Below are positions 1 to 12,819 of a stretch of DNA of 64,000 bases, piece after piece. This stretch comes from Podarcis pityusensis. Its lineage: Eukaryota. Where the stretch lies: assembly GCA_964106645.2 (NCBI GenBank), contig OZ067051.1. One strand, 5' to 3'. The notes below the pieces were generated by a model that made no database searches, had not been told where the DNA came from, and saw only the letters and a list, made by a program, of their open reading frames with translations. Position 1 is the stretch's first letter, and the number at the start of each line of letters is the position of its first letter. The translations under genes were made by a program, and so were the position numbers.

Positions 1-1544
1 CCTGAGCTATCCTGTTGATTTAAATGCAGTTATGAGAGATATGTTGTGGCCAGTCCTTGACTATCTGCAGAGTCTCCTCAACAGTGAAACTAGCCATGCT
101 AGAGCAGCATCTGTGCTAGACAAGACCTTCAACAGTTGGCAGTTGGCTCTGTCCATGGCACGCTGATGCAAAGTCCTCCTTACCCAAGATCACGAGGAAT
201 GACCCTCTCTATTAATCTGAGGCCATCCTGCAGGTACAGAGCTCAGCTCCTGCAAAGCCAGAAACCCTTGAGGATCCCATTGAGGAGATCCTTCACAGGC
301 TTCCATAGCTTTGGCTAGTGAAACAGCTCCACTGTCAGCTTAGGAGCAAAGGTGGAGGTCTCTGTCTGCAGTGATGGGGCTTGTGGGTTCTGCCTTTGAG
401 GAAACTCGATGAGGAGGTTTGAAAATACAGGGGTGTCAATTGAGATGAAGCATGTAGAAGGACTTGTTGGATAAAATGACCATTAAACTGTTGGAAGGAA
501 GATACTATGTGGGGTGACTTCCTCGCCCAGGAGAGATTGGTTTTGTATTTGCAATTGTTGCTTCTGTGCTACTGATTTGTCTAAAGTCAACCAGAAGAGG
601 CAAAGACAACATAGCCAACATTGTGCTCTCCAGGTGTTGTTGGACTCCAAGTCCCATCAGTCCCAGCCTGCATCTTTGGTGGTTAGGGTTGATGGGAGCT
701 GTAGCTCAATAATATATGGAGGGCACCACATTGGCTACTCCTGCTCTAAGAAGACCTGAGTCATGAGGCTATCTTTCTGTCCTCACTCCTTCTCTTTCTG
801 TTTCCTTCCCCCACCTGCATCCTCTTCCTTAGCCCCTGGCAACTCGTGAGCCATTTTCAGGTCCCCCTTTTTCTTCTTTGGCACACCTTCCTCAGAATCC
901 TTAGGGCATCTTGGGTGCCATGCGTTCTTCCTTCACACAAAGTAAATAGCAATGCCAGCATTTGTTTAGTGCTTTGGGAGTGTTCATTGTCTGTACGTTA
1001 TCTTGATAATAGTCACAATAACCCTGCAAGGTGGGTCCTCGTTTTGATCCTGACAATGATCTGAAGTCACAGGACATTGCCAAACTATTAAAGTGAATGA
1101 GTTTTGGTTCTGAGCAGGGCCAGGATGAGAACCTGTCTGGGACCTGTTTGTAAGTAACAGTGGAGGAAGACAATGTGTCCCATCAGCACATTGCAGATGG
1201 GAGGTGGTTGACATGGAAAGAAGAGTAAGGAGCTTGCCCCAATTTGCACATGGCTTCCCTGGTGTCCCATACAGAACTTGCTTCCCTCGTGTGGCAGGTG
1301 CGTGAGTGGTCAAATTAGTCCTGCCCCTGCTGCCAATGAGAAACCACTGTGTGTCTGTGATGCCAGCATGCCAAGGAAAGTATGGTCTCTTGATTTAGGG
1401 ATTTCTGTGGACATCCCCTTTATAACTTTGGCCTCTCAGCAGGTTTTCTCTCCACCCCCACCCCCAATAGTTGTTATGTATTTGATTGGCCAACTGCTAG
1501 CAAGTACTATAGATCTTGGCCTGACAGCTCTCTCTCTGGATGCA

Positions 1545-1733
1545 GAACACAGGAAGCTGCTTTATACTGAATCAGACTATTGGTCCATTTTGCTCAGTGT
1601 GGTCAACACTGACTGGCAGTGGTTCCCCAGTGTCTGAAGCAGGAATCTCTCCCAGTGCTACCTGGAGATTCCAGGGAATGAACCTGGGACCTTCTACATG
1701 CAAAGCAAATGCTCTACCACCCAACCTTTTCCC
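1545..1733 (-). mobile_element. tRNA-derived SINE (~190 bp, Squam2-like)
   Basis: tRNA A/B-box head and shared body. Further copies at 1958-2149(+), ~9238-9430(-), ~25445-25645(-), ~27265-27440(+), ~47690-48030(-), ~52362-52545(+). Confidence 0.75.
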
Positions 1734-1957
1734 ATATGGACTTATCAGCCTTGCTAAACCATTGCTGCCACACTTATCCCTCACCGATGTTGACATTAAC
1801 TTTCTTTATTTCACAAATTGCTGGCAGGTTTTTTAAACTTTTTGGTGGGACTGACCAAGAGCCCATTTGGCATTGATGTATGGGCTGGTAAACCAGTTGG
1901 CCATTTCTGTCTTCACCCATGTCTCCTTACATGTGTACTGACTTATCCGTCCACTAA

Positions 1958-2149
1958 GGGAAGGGCTGTAGTTCAGTGGTAGAACATCTGCTTTGTGTGC
2001 ATGAAGTCCCAGGTTCAGTCCCCAATGGCATCTCAAGGCATGGCTGGGAAAGACTCACCACTACCTGAAACCCTGGAGAGCCATTGTTGCTAGTCAGTAT
2101 ATGGAGCTCAATAGGCCAAGGGTCAGGACTCTGTAGAAGGCACCTTCCA
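1958..2149 (+). mobile_element. tRNA-derived SINE (~190 bp, Squam2-like)
   Basis: Head GGGAAGGGCTGTAGTTCAGTGGTAGAACATCTG...CCAGGTTCAGTCCC; same family as 1545-1733. Confidence 0.75.
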
Positions 2150-2957
2150 AGGCTTCACATATCTGAGGAAGGAGGAGCTTGTTGCAGATAGCAGCCCTTC
2201 CCCAACCAGCAGGTATGGAATATATTTTTCTGCTTCAGACCAAACCAACAACACATTGGGAATTAGTTTCATTCAGCTACAACTAAACGAGTCCCCTTTG
2301 ATTTATAATTGAGCCCATTTTGACATTTGTAGAGCTAGTTCATGGCTGGGTCTCCTGCACAAAAGGATTAATCACCCTGGCCTTGGCCCAGGAATTGCAA
2401 ACTTAATCTCCAAGTAGCAATGTGTTTTATTTCTCAACAAGGAGCATAGTGAAGATCAAAGGCCTCTGACTTTGGTCAGGGCATTTCAACTCTGAAACCT
2501 GGGTAGAAGTGAAATCTTCAGATAACTGAAGAAGAAGAAAAAATGCTTTCCTTCTCTAGTGGCAGCTTTTGGAACTAGATGTTGCCTTCTACTTGAATTG
2601 GGGAGATTTTCAGGGTGGTGTTCTAATTTGCTACAGACAGGTTATATGATCAATTAAACATTTTCCTATCACCCCATCATGTCCAGACAAAGCACCAGTA
2701 TTACTACTGAACTGCCAGGGAGAGAGCCAAGGTGTCAATAGGCAGGCTCACCTGTCAGATTCTTATCAAGGAAACTACAAGTGGAATATTTGTAGGGTGG
2801 AAAATAATAATTAATATCACCCCATGTGGGATAATTAATAAAATAATTGGCTGGATCCTTAGATTCAAAGCATGGGGTTTAACACACTCTCCAGCAAGAG
2901 AGAGCCCCCAGCAGAGTATAAAAACACAGAATCATGCAGCACAACGAAGCATGGGAA

Positions 2958-5900
2958 TGTTAGACTGTTAGACCTTTTAAATATCCTGTTCAGTCCACTG
3001 CCTCTCTTGCAGTAAACAGACCACAACATAAGTAAATTGAAATGCTTTACTTAAAAACTCCAAAGGTCAGATTCATGCATTATTCCATGTGGCAGCAAAA
3101 AGAACACAGGTAGAAAGTATTGAGTTTACAAAATACAGAAAAACATTTATGAACATGTGTTCTGGGCTTGAAGTGATCAAGTCCACATGTGTTGCTTGGT
3201 CAGCTTTACAAGATGGAAGAGAATGAAGAAAGAAATTTCACTTCTCCAGCTCAGTCAGCATTCACATAACCTAGTAGTTTGGATTGCTGTCTGCTGGCAG
3301 TTTAAGTTTATAGTTCATGGTTCCCTGTAATTATCTGACAACCCCTTTCACAGCAGTCTCATTCTTCTCAGTGAGAGACCTAACTACTCAGGATTTCCAC
3401 TGAATTTGCTATGTCAGGTCTGGAAGTTGTGGTCAGGTACAAAAAGTTTTCCAATTGCTGACCTGTACTGGTTGTTGTCTGGCAAGAGTTCAGATTCATC
3501 TGGGCTCTTTAGAAAGTCAGTAACCATTGGTGTGGCTACTTCCATAGCTTCTTGCAGCCCTAAGCTGTCAAGCAATTCAATAGCTTTTTGCTTTTGACTT
3601 AGAAGATAAGATCCTTCTCGTTCTGTTTAAACACTCAAGTAGGAAGAAACATTTCTGAGTTGTTCTGCTCCTTTGCTTAGGTCTTTCACAACTTTTGGGT
3701 AGTCTTGGTCATTTTCAGTTGCAATGATCAAACCATCTTCAAATGCCAACACATAAGAAAATTGTCCATTTTTGCATTTGGTGTGCAAGCACTTGTCCGT
3801 GTGACCTTGTGTGTACCCTAGCTGTGGGGAAATGCTGTGCAGTTTCTCATTCCATGCTCTAGCAGCTTGTTTCACACATCATAAAACCCCTTCTGAAGTT
3901 TGCATACTAGATGCACTTCCTTTGGTTTGTTAAAACCTTTGGCCTCTTCCATGCAAATCTACCCTGAGGTTTCTCTATGCAAAAACGCAGTTTCAATGTC
4001 TATGTGTTTTGCCTCTATTTGTTAAGAAGTTGCTGTGCCTGAAAGCAGTGTAATACTGGAATATCTCACTGCAGGTGCACAAGTTTCATCATAGTCCTCT
4101 CCAAACTTTTGCAAGTAGCCTTTGGCCACAAGTCTTGCTTTGTAGTGCTCAACTTCCTCTTCTGCACCCTGCTTTACCTTGAACACCTACTTGCTTCCAG
4201 TTGCCTTCTTCCTGGGAGGCAGCTTGGTGAGGGCCCAGGTCTTGTTCTGGTGCAGCACATCAATCCCTTCTTATGCAGCATCCCTCCACATATGTGGTTG
4301 GCACCTGCTCAGCCCCCAAGTGGAAGGTTCTTGGGGTTGTACCAATGACCTTGCGGTGTAGAACAATCCTGGAGATGGGCTACTTTTGTTGGGTCTTGAT
4401 GAGTGTCTGACATATGGCTGTGAAACCACACCAGTCTCCTCATCACCCTCCAGTACAGACCTCTTCTCATCAGTCTCCTCTCCTGCTACCTGTAATCTGC
4501 TCCTCGGCTTCTCCTTCCTGTTCATCATTTGTGCTAGGTGATGTGACAGTAAAAAGCAGATATGTCAATTCAGGAAAGTTCAGGAGGGCTCTTATTTCTT
4601 CTTCTGACCTCTCAAAAAAAAATATCGCAGTTCCTCTCTTGGCAGCTGTCCTGTGTTCATCAAAATGAACCACATGTCTTGTGCTGACCTTTCCAGTATT
4701 CAAGTCAATTGCTCTGTCACCTTTGCTCCAGTAGCATATCCAATCATAATTGTCTGTCCTGATCTGGAGTATAACTTGTGTCTATTCTCCTTGAGTACAA
4801 AGGCATAGCAATACAAGTGGTGGCCATTTCACACGGGGGGGGGGGGGTTCCATTCGTCCCTCCCCCATGTGTGTTGGTGGTGCAAATAAGCATTTCATCC
4901 CCCGTTCTGCCCTCTTCCGGGTCCAAAAGGACCCGCATGTCTGCGATCACGTGTCAGCTGGACACACCTAAAATGTTCACTGCCTATACTGCCAGATACA
5001 TGTTTGTGTGACATACTCGGCACTCTTCCATGTCAAAGTTCTAAAGCTGTACATGTACTTCTCTTGGTTGGCAATCTGTTGTGGAGATATATTGCAGGGG
5101 CTACCACATCTCCCCACATTTGTTTGGGAAGGCCAGGGTCACTCGGCATGCACTTTGTCATCTCCATAAGAGATCTAAACTTTCTCTCAGTGACTGAGCT
5201 TTGTTGAAGGGTGTGTAAAACACTCCCCACTTGTGTGTAATCCCCTCTTCATCCACAAGAGATTTCATGTGGCTCAAGGTAAACTCACCTTCACTGTCAC
5301 TGACCAAAGTTGTGGGTTTCCTCTGAAGCTTATTGCTCACCGTGGTGATGTGTTTTCTGAACTGTACAGTTTCACTTTTCTCCTTTAGAAAGTACACTTT
5401 GCAATACCTTGAGAAATCATCCAGAAAAATTAGTATGTATTTATACTTCCCTAGGGAGGGAACATTAAGTGGGCCATACACCTCAGTGCATACTACATCT
5501 TGCAGTCTGGTGCTTCAGTAAATGGAGGGAAATAAACTTTAACACTCTTCTCAGTGATACAGCTTATGCACTTGGTTGTGACTGGTGCATTTTGGTTTAC
5601 CTTCACCCCTGTTGCAAGCTCCTTGCATTGCAGTTCAGTTGTGGGACATACAGTGGTACCTCGGGTTACAGATGCTTCAGGTTACAGACTCCGCTAATCC
5701 AGAAATAGTACCTCGGGTTAAGAACTTTGCTTCAGGATGAGAACAGAAATCGTGCTCCAGCGGTGCGGCAGCAACGGGAGGCCCCATTAGCTAAAGTGGT
5801 GCTTCAGGTTAAGAACAGTTTCAGGTTAAGAACGGACCTCCGGAATGAATTAAGTTCTTAACCCGAGGTACCACTGTATAGGATTTGATGCATGTGATTT

Positions 5901-7160
5901 TCTTTCAATTGATTGCTAAGTTTGCAGTTTAAGGTTCCTGGACCTATACCACATCTCTTTATGGTTTCACCATATGCAATTTGAATCCACTGACTGGGTG
6001 ACATGGTCAATGCTGCCAAATAAATCTTCATCATAACTCATATATGAAGAACATCCAGAATCAATTAACCGTTTGTTTGATTTTGCATCACAACAGTTTA
6101 GAGTTAGATTCTTCTCATGCAAGGGGGTGAAAGGGGAGGATGCTGTGGGCCATGGAAAAGTTCCAACACTGGATGGAACTCTGGTTGCTGGGCAGAAGAG
6201 GCCAGGAGGCAGCAGTGCTGTGATGAGGTTCCCTTGCTGGGGCCCTTTGCTGTCAGTGATGCCTATTTGGTTTTGTGTCGAAAGGTGATGTGGTGTGCCA
6301 TGTTGTGTAGCACCTGCCTTGTGTCTTTAGGCCTTTTAAACAGGGCAGTTTAAAGAGAAAGACAAGGAGGGGCTCCTGGAACCTTTTGCCAGGATGTGGC
6401 CCAATAGCACATCTGCTCAGGAGGAGGAGAGATGTCGATGCCCTTAGAAGAATCAGGACTACAGCAGCTATATTTAGATGAGAGAAGCCCTAGCTCAGCC
6501 TGGCCTGGAATGCGTTGAGGTTGCTGTGGAAATCGTGCATCGCAACATATCCTTGAAGAAGCATTGTGGGGGGGATCCAAAGAACTCTGCTGTTGGAGAG
6601 TTGCACCAGGCGAGGTCAACAGCAGAAGAGCCATTGAGCTGAAGAGGTTCAGGTGTTCTCTGCCACTCTTCTTCTGAACTCCTCCATCATTGTCATGACA
6701 TATGAGACATGCTGCAGAGTTCTACATCAGATATTGGTGGGAGGGGGGGGGTTCTTTTTGTTTGCTTTTTAACCGGCTGCAGCCTCAGGAGGCTGCCAAG
6801 CTGAGTGGCGGAAGAAGAGGCAGGAGGGGTTATTCAAACTGTTCCCTTTCTGCTGTTGAGGAATTCAAAACTGTCTTTGCACTGTTGCATTTCTCCCTTT
6901 GGCGGGGGATGGGTCATAGAGGAACCACTGTCCCTTGCAACTGAATAATGTGTCTAGTTTTTGAGCAGAATTGCAATGGTAGACAAGATTGCGCTGCCTC
7001 CCTCCCCGCTCTTGGGTGCAGCCTCAGAGGCTGCTTTTCAGCTAGACACAGAAGCTGGTGGGGGCAAAGAAGCACTTCACACCCTCCTGTCTACACTACA
7101 TCAAGTGTGCTCCCACCATTGGCTTGGGAAGCAGGGTACACACAATGTGGGCCACAATCC
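2958..7160 (-). mobile_element. Decayed Ty1/Copia LTR retrotransposon (gag-PR-IN-RT remnants; RNase H apparently deleted) in RASGRF1 intron 1
   Basis: Minus-strand remnants in Copia order: protease RLIDSGCSSYM (~6040-6070), integrase GPLNVPSLGKYKYILIFLDDFSRYCKVYFLKEKSE (5158-5481), RT KQAARAWNEKL..LGYTQGHTDKCL (3627-3875). PPT-like GAAAGGGGT abuts TGTCAG at ~3340-3349. Many stops and frameshifts; two MITE insertions (~4814-4986, 5651-5876). Outer boundaries approximate. Confidence 0.85.
5651..5876 (+). mobile_element. Tc1/pogo(Tigger)-type MITE
   Basis: TIRs CAGTGGTACCTCGGGTTA...TAACCCGAGGTACCACTG with TA on both sides; interrupts the Copia pol region. Confidence 0.9.
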
Positions 7161-8389
7161 ATATTGTTACAAAAGTTAGGTGCCGCCCCATTCTCTGCTG
7201 AGCAATAGCAAGATTCTAGGGGGTTCCAGGCACTCACCCAGGTTCTGTGTTTCTTTGGAGAATGGAAACACAGTGGAGACTGTTGTAGCTTTAAGAAATA
7301 TGATTTATTCACATATTTACGCCTTCAGTCTGCACGGGGGGAGCCCATCTCTTACAATATGGTCATTTCAAGAGGGGCTTGTTCCCCACAGCAGTGCAGC
7401 ACTGGAGTCAAAGTCATCTTTCCCAGCCAGTCTTCAGCCAACCTGCCCAAGATGGATCCTGGTCTTTGTTCTCCCTTCTTCCCAGTACACCTTGCTAAAA
7501 ACACTCCTACCCTGTAACCTCAAACATGCACCCTATCACCATGGCAATCTCAGGTGTGGCACTTGCTTGGAATTAAACTTAGCCTGTATTTTTCCATGGG
7601 CCTCCAATCTTTGCTTCAATACTCCAAATAACAAGAGTTGCCATGTGTCCTCTTTTTCTAGGACATGTCCTTTTTTTCAGGGGTAAAATTTCTGCCCAGG
7701 TGGTTTTTTTTAATTTGCAAAAATGTCTCTGGCTATACTTTCTGGATGAGACATCGACATAACCGGTGGCTGAAGACTTGCTTTCCTTTTCTCTTCTCCT
7801 GCCCCCAACATATATATCACAGTTTCTAAAGCCTACATATAGTAGGGGTATTTAAAATGAGAGCCATTATAGCGTCCTCTTTTTTCCTCTTCAAAATATG
7901 ACAACTTTAAAATAATCAAAATCCTACTATTTATTAATTTCTAGGGTCTAGGGGGGTCCCCCCAATCTATAACAATAGCTATCCTGTTGTTTCTTACAAA
8001 ATGCTGTGTTTTGATGCATTTTCCCCACAACCAGCTACAATCCGAATTGAGAAGAAGAGTGATCTAGCTGTGGTTTTGTTTAAGCTCACATAAATGCTTT
8101 CATATTATCATGCGGCTCTGATACCTTAGCACTCTCTCCTCATTGCTTTTTGCACATAGTGTAAAAAATAAAGAATAAATGGAGATAAGAAATGGCAGGG
8201 TGAATTAGACACCATTACAATGATTATTATATGTGTTATTATTAGTTTTATTCATGTACCAGTTTTATCTTCCAAGGATCTCAATGTGGTGTGCATGGTT
8301 GCATTAGCAGCACCAAGGCTGGGGTGCAAGCCTAGGCAGTGTGTATTTGAGGTCCTGGGATACCCAGATGATAATACCACACACACACA

Positions 8390-8860
8390 CCAGCCTCACT
8401 GATGTGATCCAAAGGAAAGCAATATGTTTGGCACCAGCTTGGCTGCAGGAATTCCCAGAAGGAGGCATACAAGGCTCCATCCAACTGACCCAGGAACTCT
8501 ACTCTGGATTTGTGGAGGGTTTACTCCTTAGACTTATCTTCTCCCGAGGATATTCCACATGGCGGCAGAGGTTTAGGATCAGAATATTCCTTTTTCTAGA
8601 TGGGCTACCTTCCCAGGTTGATGAGCCTCAACTGCCCCTCACTTCCCTCTACAGCATGTGCAAAAACCGCCTTCTTGACCGATGGACCACATATTGGTCT
8701 CATCCGCTCAATCCACCAGAGCCTGTCTTTGCACATAACTCACTGAGGGTTTGAGACCCATACCCTCACCTGATTTAGCCGGCCAGTCAAAGCAATTCCC
8801 TGGGTGTGGTTGCTGTCACATGCTGGCAGCTTTTAGGAGCCACAGGAGAGAGCTGGCTGG
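8390..8860 (-). mobile_element. RTE-clade LINE 5' region fragment (probable)
   Basis: Minus strand reads GGCTCATCAACCTGGGAAGGTAGCCCATCTAGAAAAAGGAATATTCTGATCCTAAACC, which resembles RTE-type 5' leaders. Recognised by eye only. Confidence 0.5.
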
Positions 8861-8878
8861 ATTGTAATTAACCATATA

Positions 8879-9104
8879 CAGTGGTACCTCGGGTTAAGTA
8901 CTTAATTCGTTCCGGAGGTCTGCTCTTAACCTGAAACTATTCTTAACCTGAAGCACCACTTTAGCTAATGGGGCCTCCCACTGCTGCCGCGCCACCGGAG
9001 CACGATTTCTGTTCTCATCCTGAAGCAAAGTTCTTATCCTAAGGTACTATTTCTAGGTTAGCGGAGTCTGTTACCTGAAGTGTATGTAACCCGAGGTACC
9101 ACTG
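8879..9104 (-). mobile_element. Tc1/pogo-type MITE (same family as 5651-5876)
   Basis: Same TIRs, TA target duplication, internal sequence inverted relative to 5651-5876. Confidence 0.9.
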
Positions 9105-10409
9105 TATAGGAAAGAGTTGCATCTGTTGCTGTGACCCTTTTTTGCCACCTTTGCCCTACCCACCTCCCGCATGTGGCCACAGAAGGTTGTCCAAAAGAGG
9201 ATGCGTCCCTTGGCTAGAGTAAGAGAGGAGCAAAGCAATCTGCTTCATACTGTGTCAGTCTGTTGGTCCATTTAGTGCAGTGTTCCCTACACTGACTGGC
9301 AGCAATGTCCCTCCAGGTTTCCAGATAGAGTCTTTCCCAGCCCTTCCTGGAGATGCCACTGGGGATTGAACCTGGGACCTTCTGCATGCCAAGCAGCTGC
9401 TCTGCCACTGAGCTTCCTGCCGCCCTTTCCCTCTCTAGAGCATTTGCTTTAGCCTGTGCTTGGAGGCCAGCAGTTTTGTGGGGCCATGTTGCTGGATTTT
9501 GGATTCCAGGACGTCCTGGCAAGAGTGGAAGCCAGAGGCAGAACGGACGGCACTCAGCATTTCCTTATTTATTTTCCAACTTACTCGGCTCTGTCTCTGG
9601 CCTTAGAGAACATCCCTTGTTTCCTAGGAGACTGCAGGGAAGGAGAGTAGATGAACTGCGAAAACTCTTTTGCGGTGCTCGAAGCCGCCCTGATGAAAAT
9701 TAACACAAATACAGTAAATGCCAAGGGAGGCTAAAAATAGCCTCTGTGCCAAGCCCCATTCTGCTCCTGTCCATGTCAGCTTGGCATCTGAAATGCAGCA
9801 AAGTCTGCGGGGGGGGGGGGAGCTTCCAGGGCTGGTGGGTGGCCTGGATTCTAAGGGGCTGTTCTGGGGCAGGTGCCTTCCATGGGCATGTGTCCATCAT
9901 GCCCCTTGCTTTCTCTCTCACAAATGCTGGTCCATGGTCTTGCTGCAAAGGTTCAGCATTGGCACCTCTTAGAGACAGGAAGGTGGTGGTGGGGATAGAA
10001 AGTAGCTGCCCCAAACCATTTGCTCATCATAGTGCCTCTGGAGGGGAAATCTAGGTGAGTTCCCATGTCCTAAACGGCAGGGCCGGCATCTGCTGTCCCC
10101 ACTACTGCCGCCCCCTTCCCCACAGCCAGCCCATGCAAGCCAGACCACAAAAAGCAGCCAGGTGCACTGCAGAAAATGAGCCAGGAAGGAAGAGACATTG
10201 AATCATAGGGTTGGAAGGGATCTGAAGGGTCATCTAGATCAACCCCCTGCAATGGCATTGCTGTAGTTTGGAAGTGGCTGGCAGTCCCTCCCGGGGCCCT
10301 CTGGCCTCTTCCCTTGGCAAAGCGAGGAGGGAGTGGCTGTGACCTGCTTTCTCCTCTCCTTCAGGGCAGACTACCTACCAGCAGAAGTCGATTAATAAAT
10401 TGATGGTAA

Positions 10410-10440
<31 letters not shown>

Positions 10441-10698
10441 AACAACAAACCAAGAACAACTGGCCCAATAATGCTGCAAAGCCGTATCTAATCTGTCATG
10501 GCTTTCATGCTTTTGCCTGCTAGAAAATGTTTTCCATGGACTTTCCCCATAATAAATTTGTAACCTTTGGAGTTAGTCCTCTGCTTTCTGTGTCTTCTGT
10601 GTAACAACGCCAGGATGAGTTAGTGATATTTGGCAACCTTGCAGTGGAATGCAGCTGGCTGTCTTTAGGAGTAATAGCTCTTCTCTTTGTTTTTATAG

Positions 10699-10805
10699 CA
10701 TTATTTCACTGTTAACTTCAACCATGAAAACCAGAAAACCCTGGAGCTGAGGACAGAAGATGCTAAAGACTGTGATGAATGGGTAGCAGCCATTAGCCAT
10801 GCCAG
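10699..10805 (+). CDS. RASGRF1: RasGRF1 exon 2 (PH1 C-terminal part)
   Basis: tatag|HYFTVNFNHENQKTLELRTEDAKDCDEWVAAISHA|gtaag; 107 nt. Confidence 0.95.
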
Positions 10806-11366
10806 GTAAGTCCTCCTCCTTTTCTCAGTGGCTCCGTGGAACATGAATCCTGCTGGGGCAAGGTGTCTTGGGATGGAGGGCTGGGCTGGCATGTGTCAGG
10901 TCAGGTGCAAGAGGCCACTGACCATGTTAATTCTGCTGGGGGAGAGAGAGTGGGAGAGGGAGCCAGTAAGAGGCCTTATTTCTGGTCACCCTTGCTGAGC
11001 AATGGCTCATAAGTAGTAGTAGTACTGTAGTATTATTAGTATTATTATTAGTAGTAGTAGTAATATAATATATTTACTGGTATTTCCCCAGCCACTCTGG
11101 GTGGCTCCCAACATAATATTAAAAACACAATAAAACATAATAATAATTTATTATTATAGCACAGAAGAAACCATATAAGAGGAAATCAGCCCCTCTGGGC
11201 TGCTTACAGAGAAAAAGTTGACAATGAGCAATGCTTGGGCTGACTCTGGAATTGTAAAGAAGCACAGGACTTTGCTCCATGCCTAGAATTCGGCATCCTA
11301 ACAACCTCAGAATTTGTTGTTGGGTTTTTGTTTTGAGTTTTGCGTTCCACATCTCATGGTTGCAAA

Positions 11367-11660
11367 CAGGGCTGGCCCAAGACATTTTGCTGCTTGAGGC
11401 AAAACAGAAAATGGCAGGAGCCCCCTCCTCCCCCTCCTCCTCCTCTGCTGCCACCTGAGGCGACTGGAGGCAGCCCAGGGAAGCCCCAGCACACTGAATG
11501 TGGGGGAGAGAAAAAAAGGAGGCAAGAGGGGAGCAGGCAGTGGCTGCAGGCAACAAGCACAGGAGACAGCGAGCAGCACAGTCCTTGGGCTCCAGATCAG
11601 CCGCCCCCTCCCAGCTGTGCCCAGCCTGCCTCCCAAGGACAAGGCCTTGTCAAAGCCCTG
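11367..11660. mobile_element. hAT-type non-autonomous element
   Basis: CAGGGCT...AGCCCTG termini with exact 8-bp TSD GTTGCAAA (11359-11366 / 11661-11668). Confidence 0.8.
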
Positions 11661-12534
11661 GTTGCAAAGATAAGCATCAGTGTGTGTAGTCAGTGCCAGG
11701 TAGGAGCAGGAAGCGGGGGGGGGGGCATCTGGAGAAGGCTCGGGGTGTTAAGGGAGTGTCCTTGCTCTCCTTCCCCGTTGCCCATAGAACTGCAAGAAAC
11801 AGCCTCAAACGCCGTGCAGAATGGGAACACCTACACTTCCAGGCATCAGTTTGCTTTATCTGGGGTGGAAGGTGGGATGCCTTTTTGCAGCAGAGAGGAT
11901 GCTTTGTGGCCTTGCTGACAGAAGGCTGAGGGAGGGTGTCCCCCCCCCCCGGCCTTCTCAAAATGTGCTGGGCAGCAGCTGGGCAGACTTAGGAGTTGGA
12001 GAGGATGTTGCATCAGATATTTTTTTCTCTACTCTTAATGCTGCCTCTGCACCTGGGAGGCTGCCAGTTGCCACAGCCAGAGATAAGAATTCATCCTTGA
12101 CATTTGCGTTTTAATTCCATTCCCTTTCTTTTAACATTCAATTCATTTTCCTGGAAAGGCTGCTTTTAACCAAGCAGGGAAACAAAGAGGCGACTCCCCC
12201 ACCCAACTCACATGTAAAATATTGTGGGCCAGATCCTTCCACGAATATTTGAATTCATAGAACTCGTTGAATGGGATTAAATGGCAGTACAGCCCTCGAC
12301 ATCTTTACTCAGAAATAAACCATGCTGAGTTCAATTCGGCTTTACCTGTGTGATTGCACCCTGTGTTTCCCAACCAAAGTCACTGCCAGCTTGGAAGGAG
12401 CTTGGCCATTCCTAATCGCCTGCAGTCCAAACCCATATATAGGTCTACTCAGAGGCTTCAGTGAGACATATTCCCAGGTTAGTAGATATAGGATAGCAGC
12501 CTTACCTGTCCTTTAGTACCAGGTCAGTCCGACT

Positions 12535-12819
12535 GGCGCTCATGTCGCTATATTGGCTGAGGGAGCCGGCATACAGCTTCCGGGTCATGTGGCCAGCATA
12601 ACTAAGCTGCTTCTGGCGAACCAGAGCAGCACATGGAAATGCCGTTTACCTTCCCACCTATTTATCTACTTGCACTTTGACGTGCTTTCAAACTGCTAGG
12701 TTGGCAGGAGCAAGGACCAAGCAATGGGAGCTCACCCCGTCACGGGGATTCGAACCGCCGACCTTCTGATCGGCAAGTCCTAGGCTCTGTGGTTTAACCC
12801 ACAGCGCCACCCGCGTCCC
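12535..12819 (-). mobile_element. Sauria SINE, 3' end missing
   Basis: Reverse complement of GGGACGCGGGTGGCGCTGTGGGTTAAACCACAGAGCCTAGGAC...; lacks the ACCTTT tail. Confidence 0.9.

Noticed and set aside
5651-5876. Internal repeated motifs as a CRISPR-like array
   Set aside because: Irregular spacing inside a TIR/TA-flanked MITE in a vertebrate intron; no cas genes.
1-10698. Rasgrf1 imprinting control region or miR-184
   Set aside because: In rodents these lie upstream of exon 1, outside this window; no tandem repeat block or miR-184 sequence was seen.
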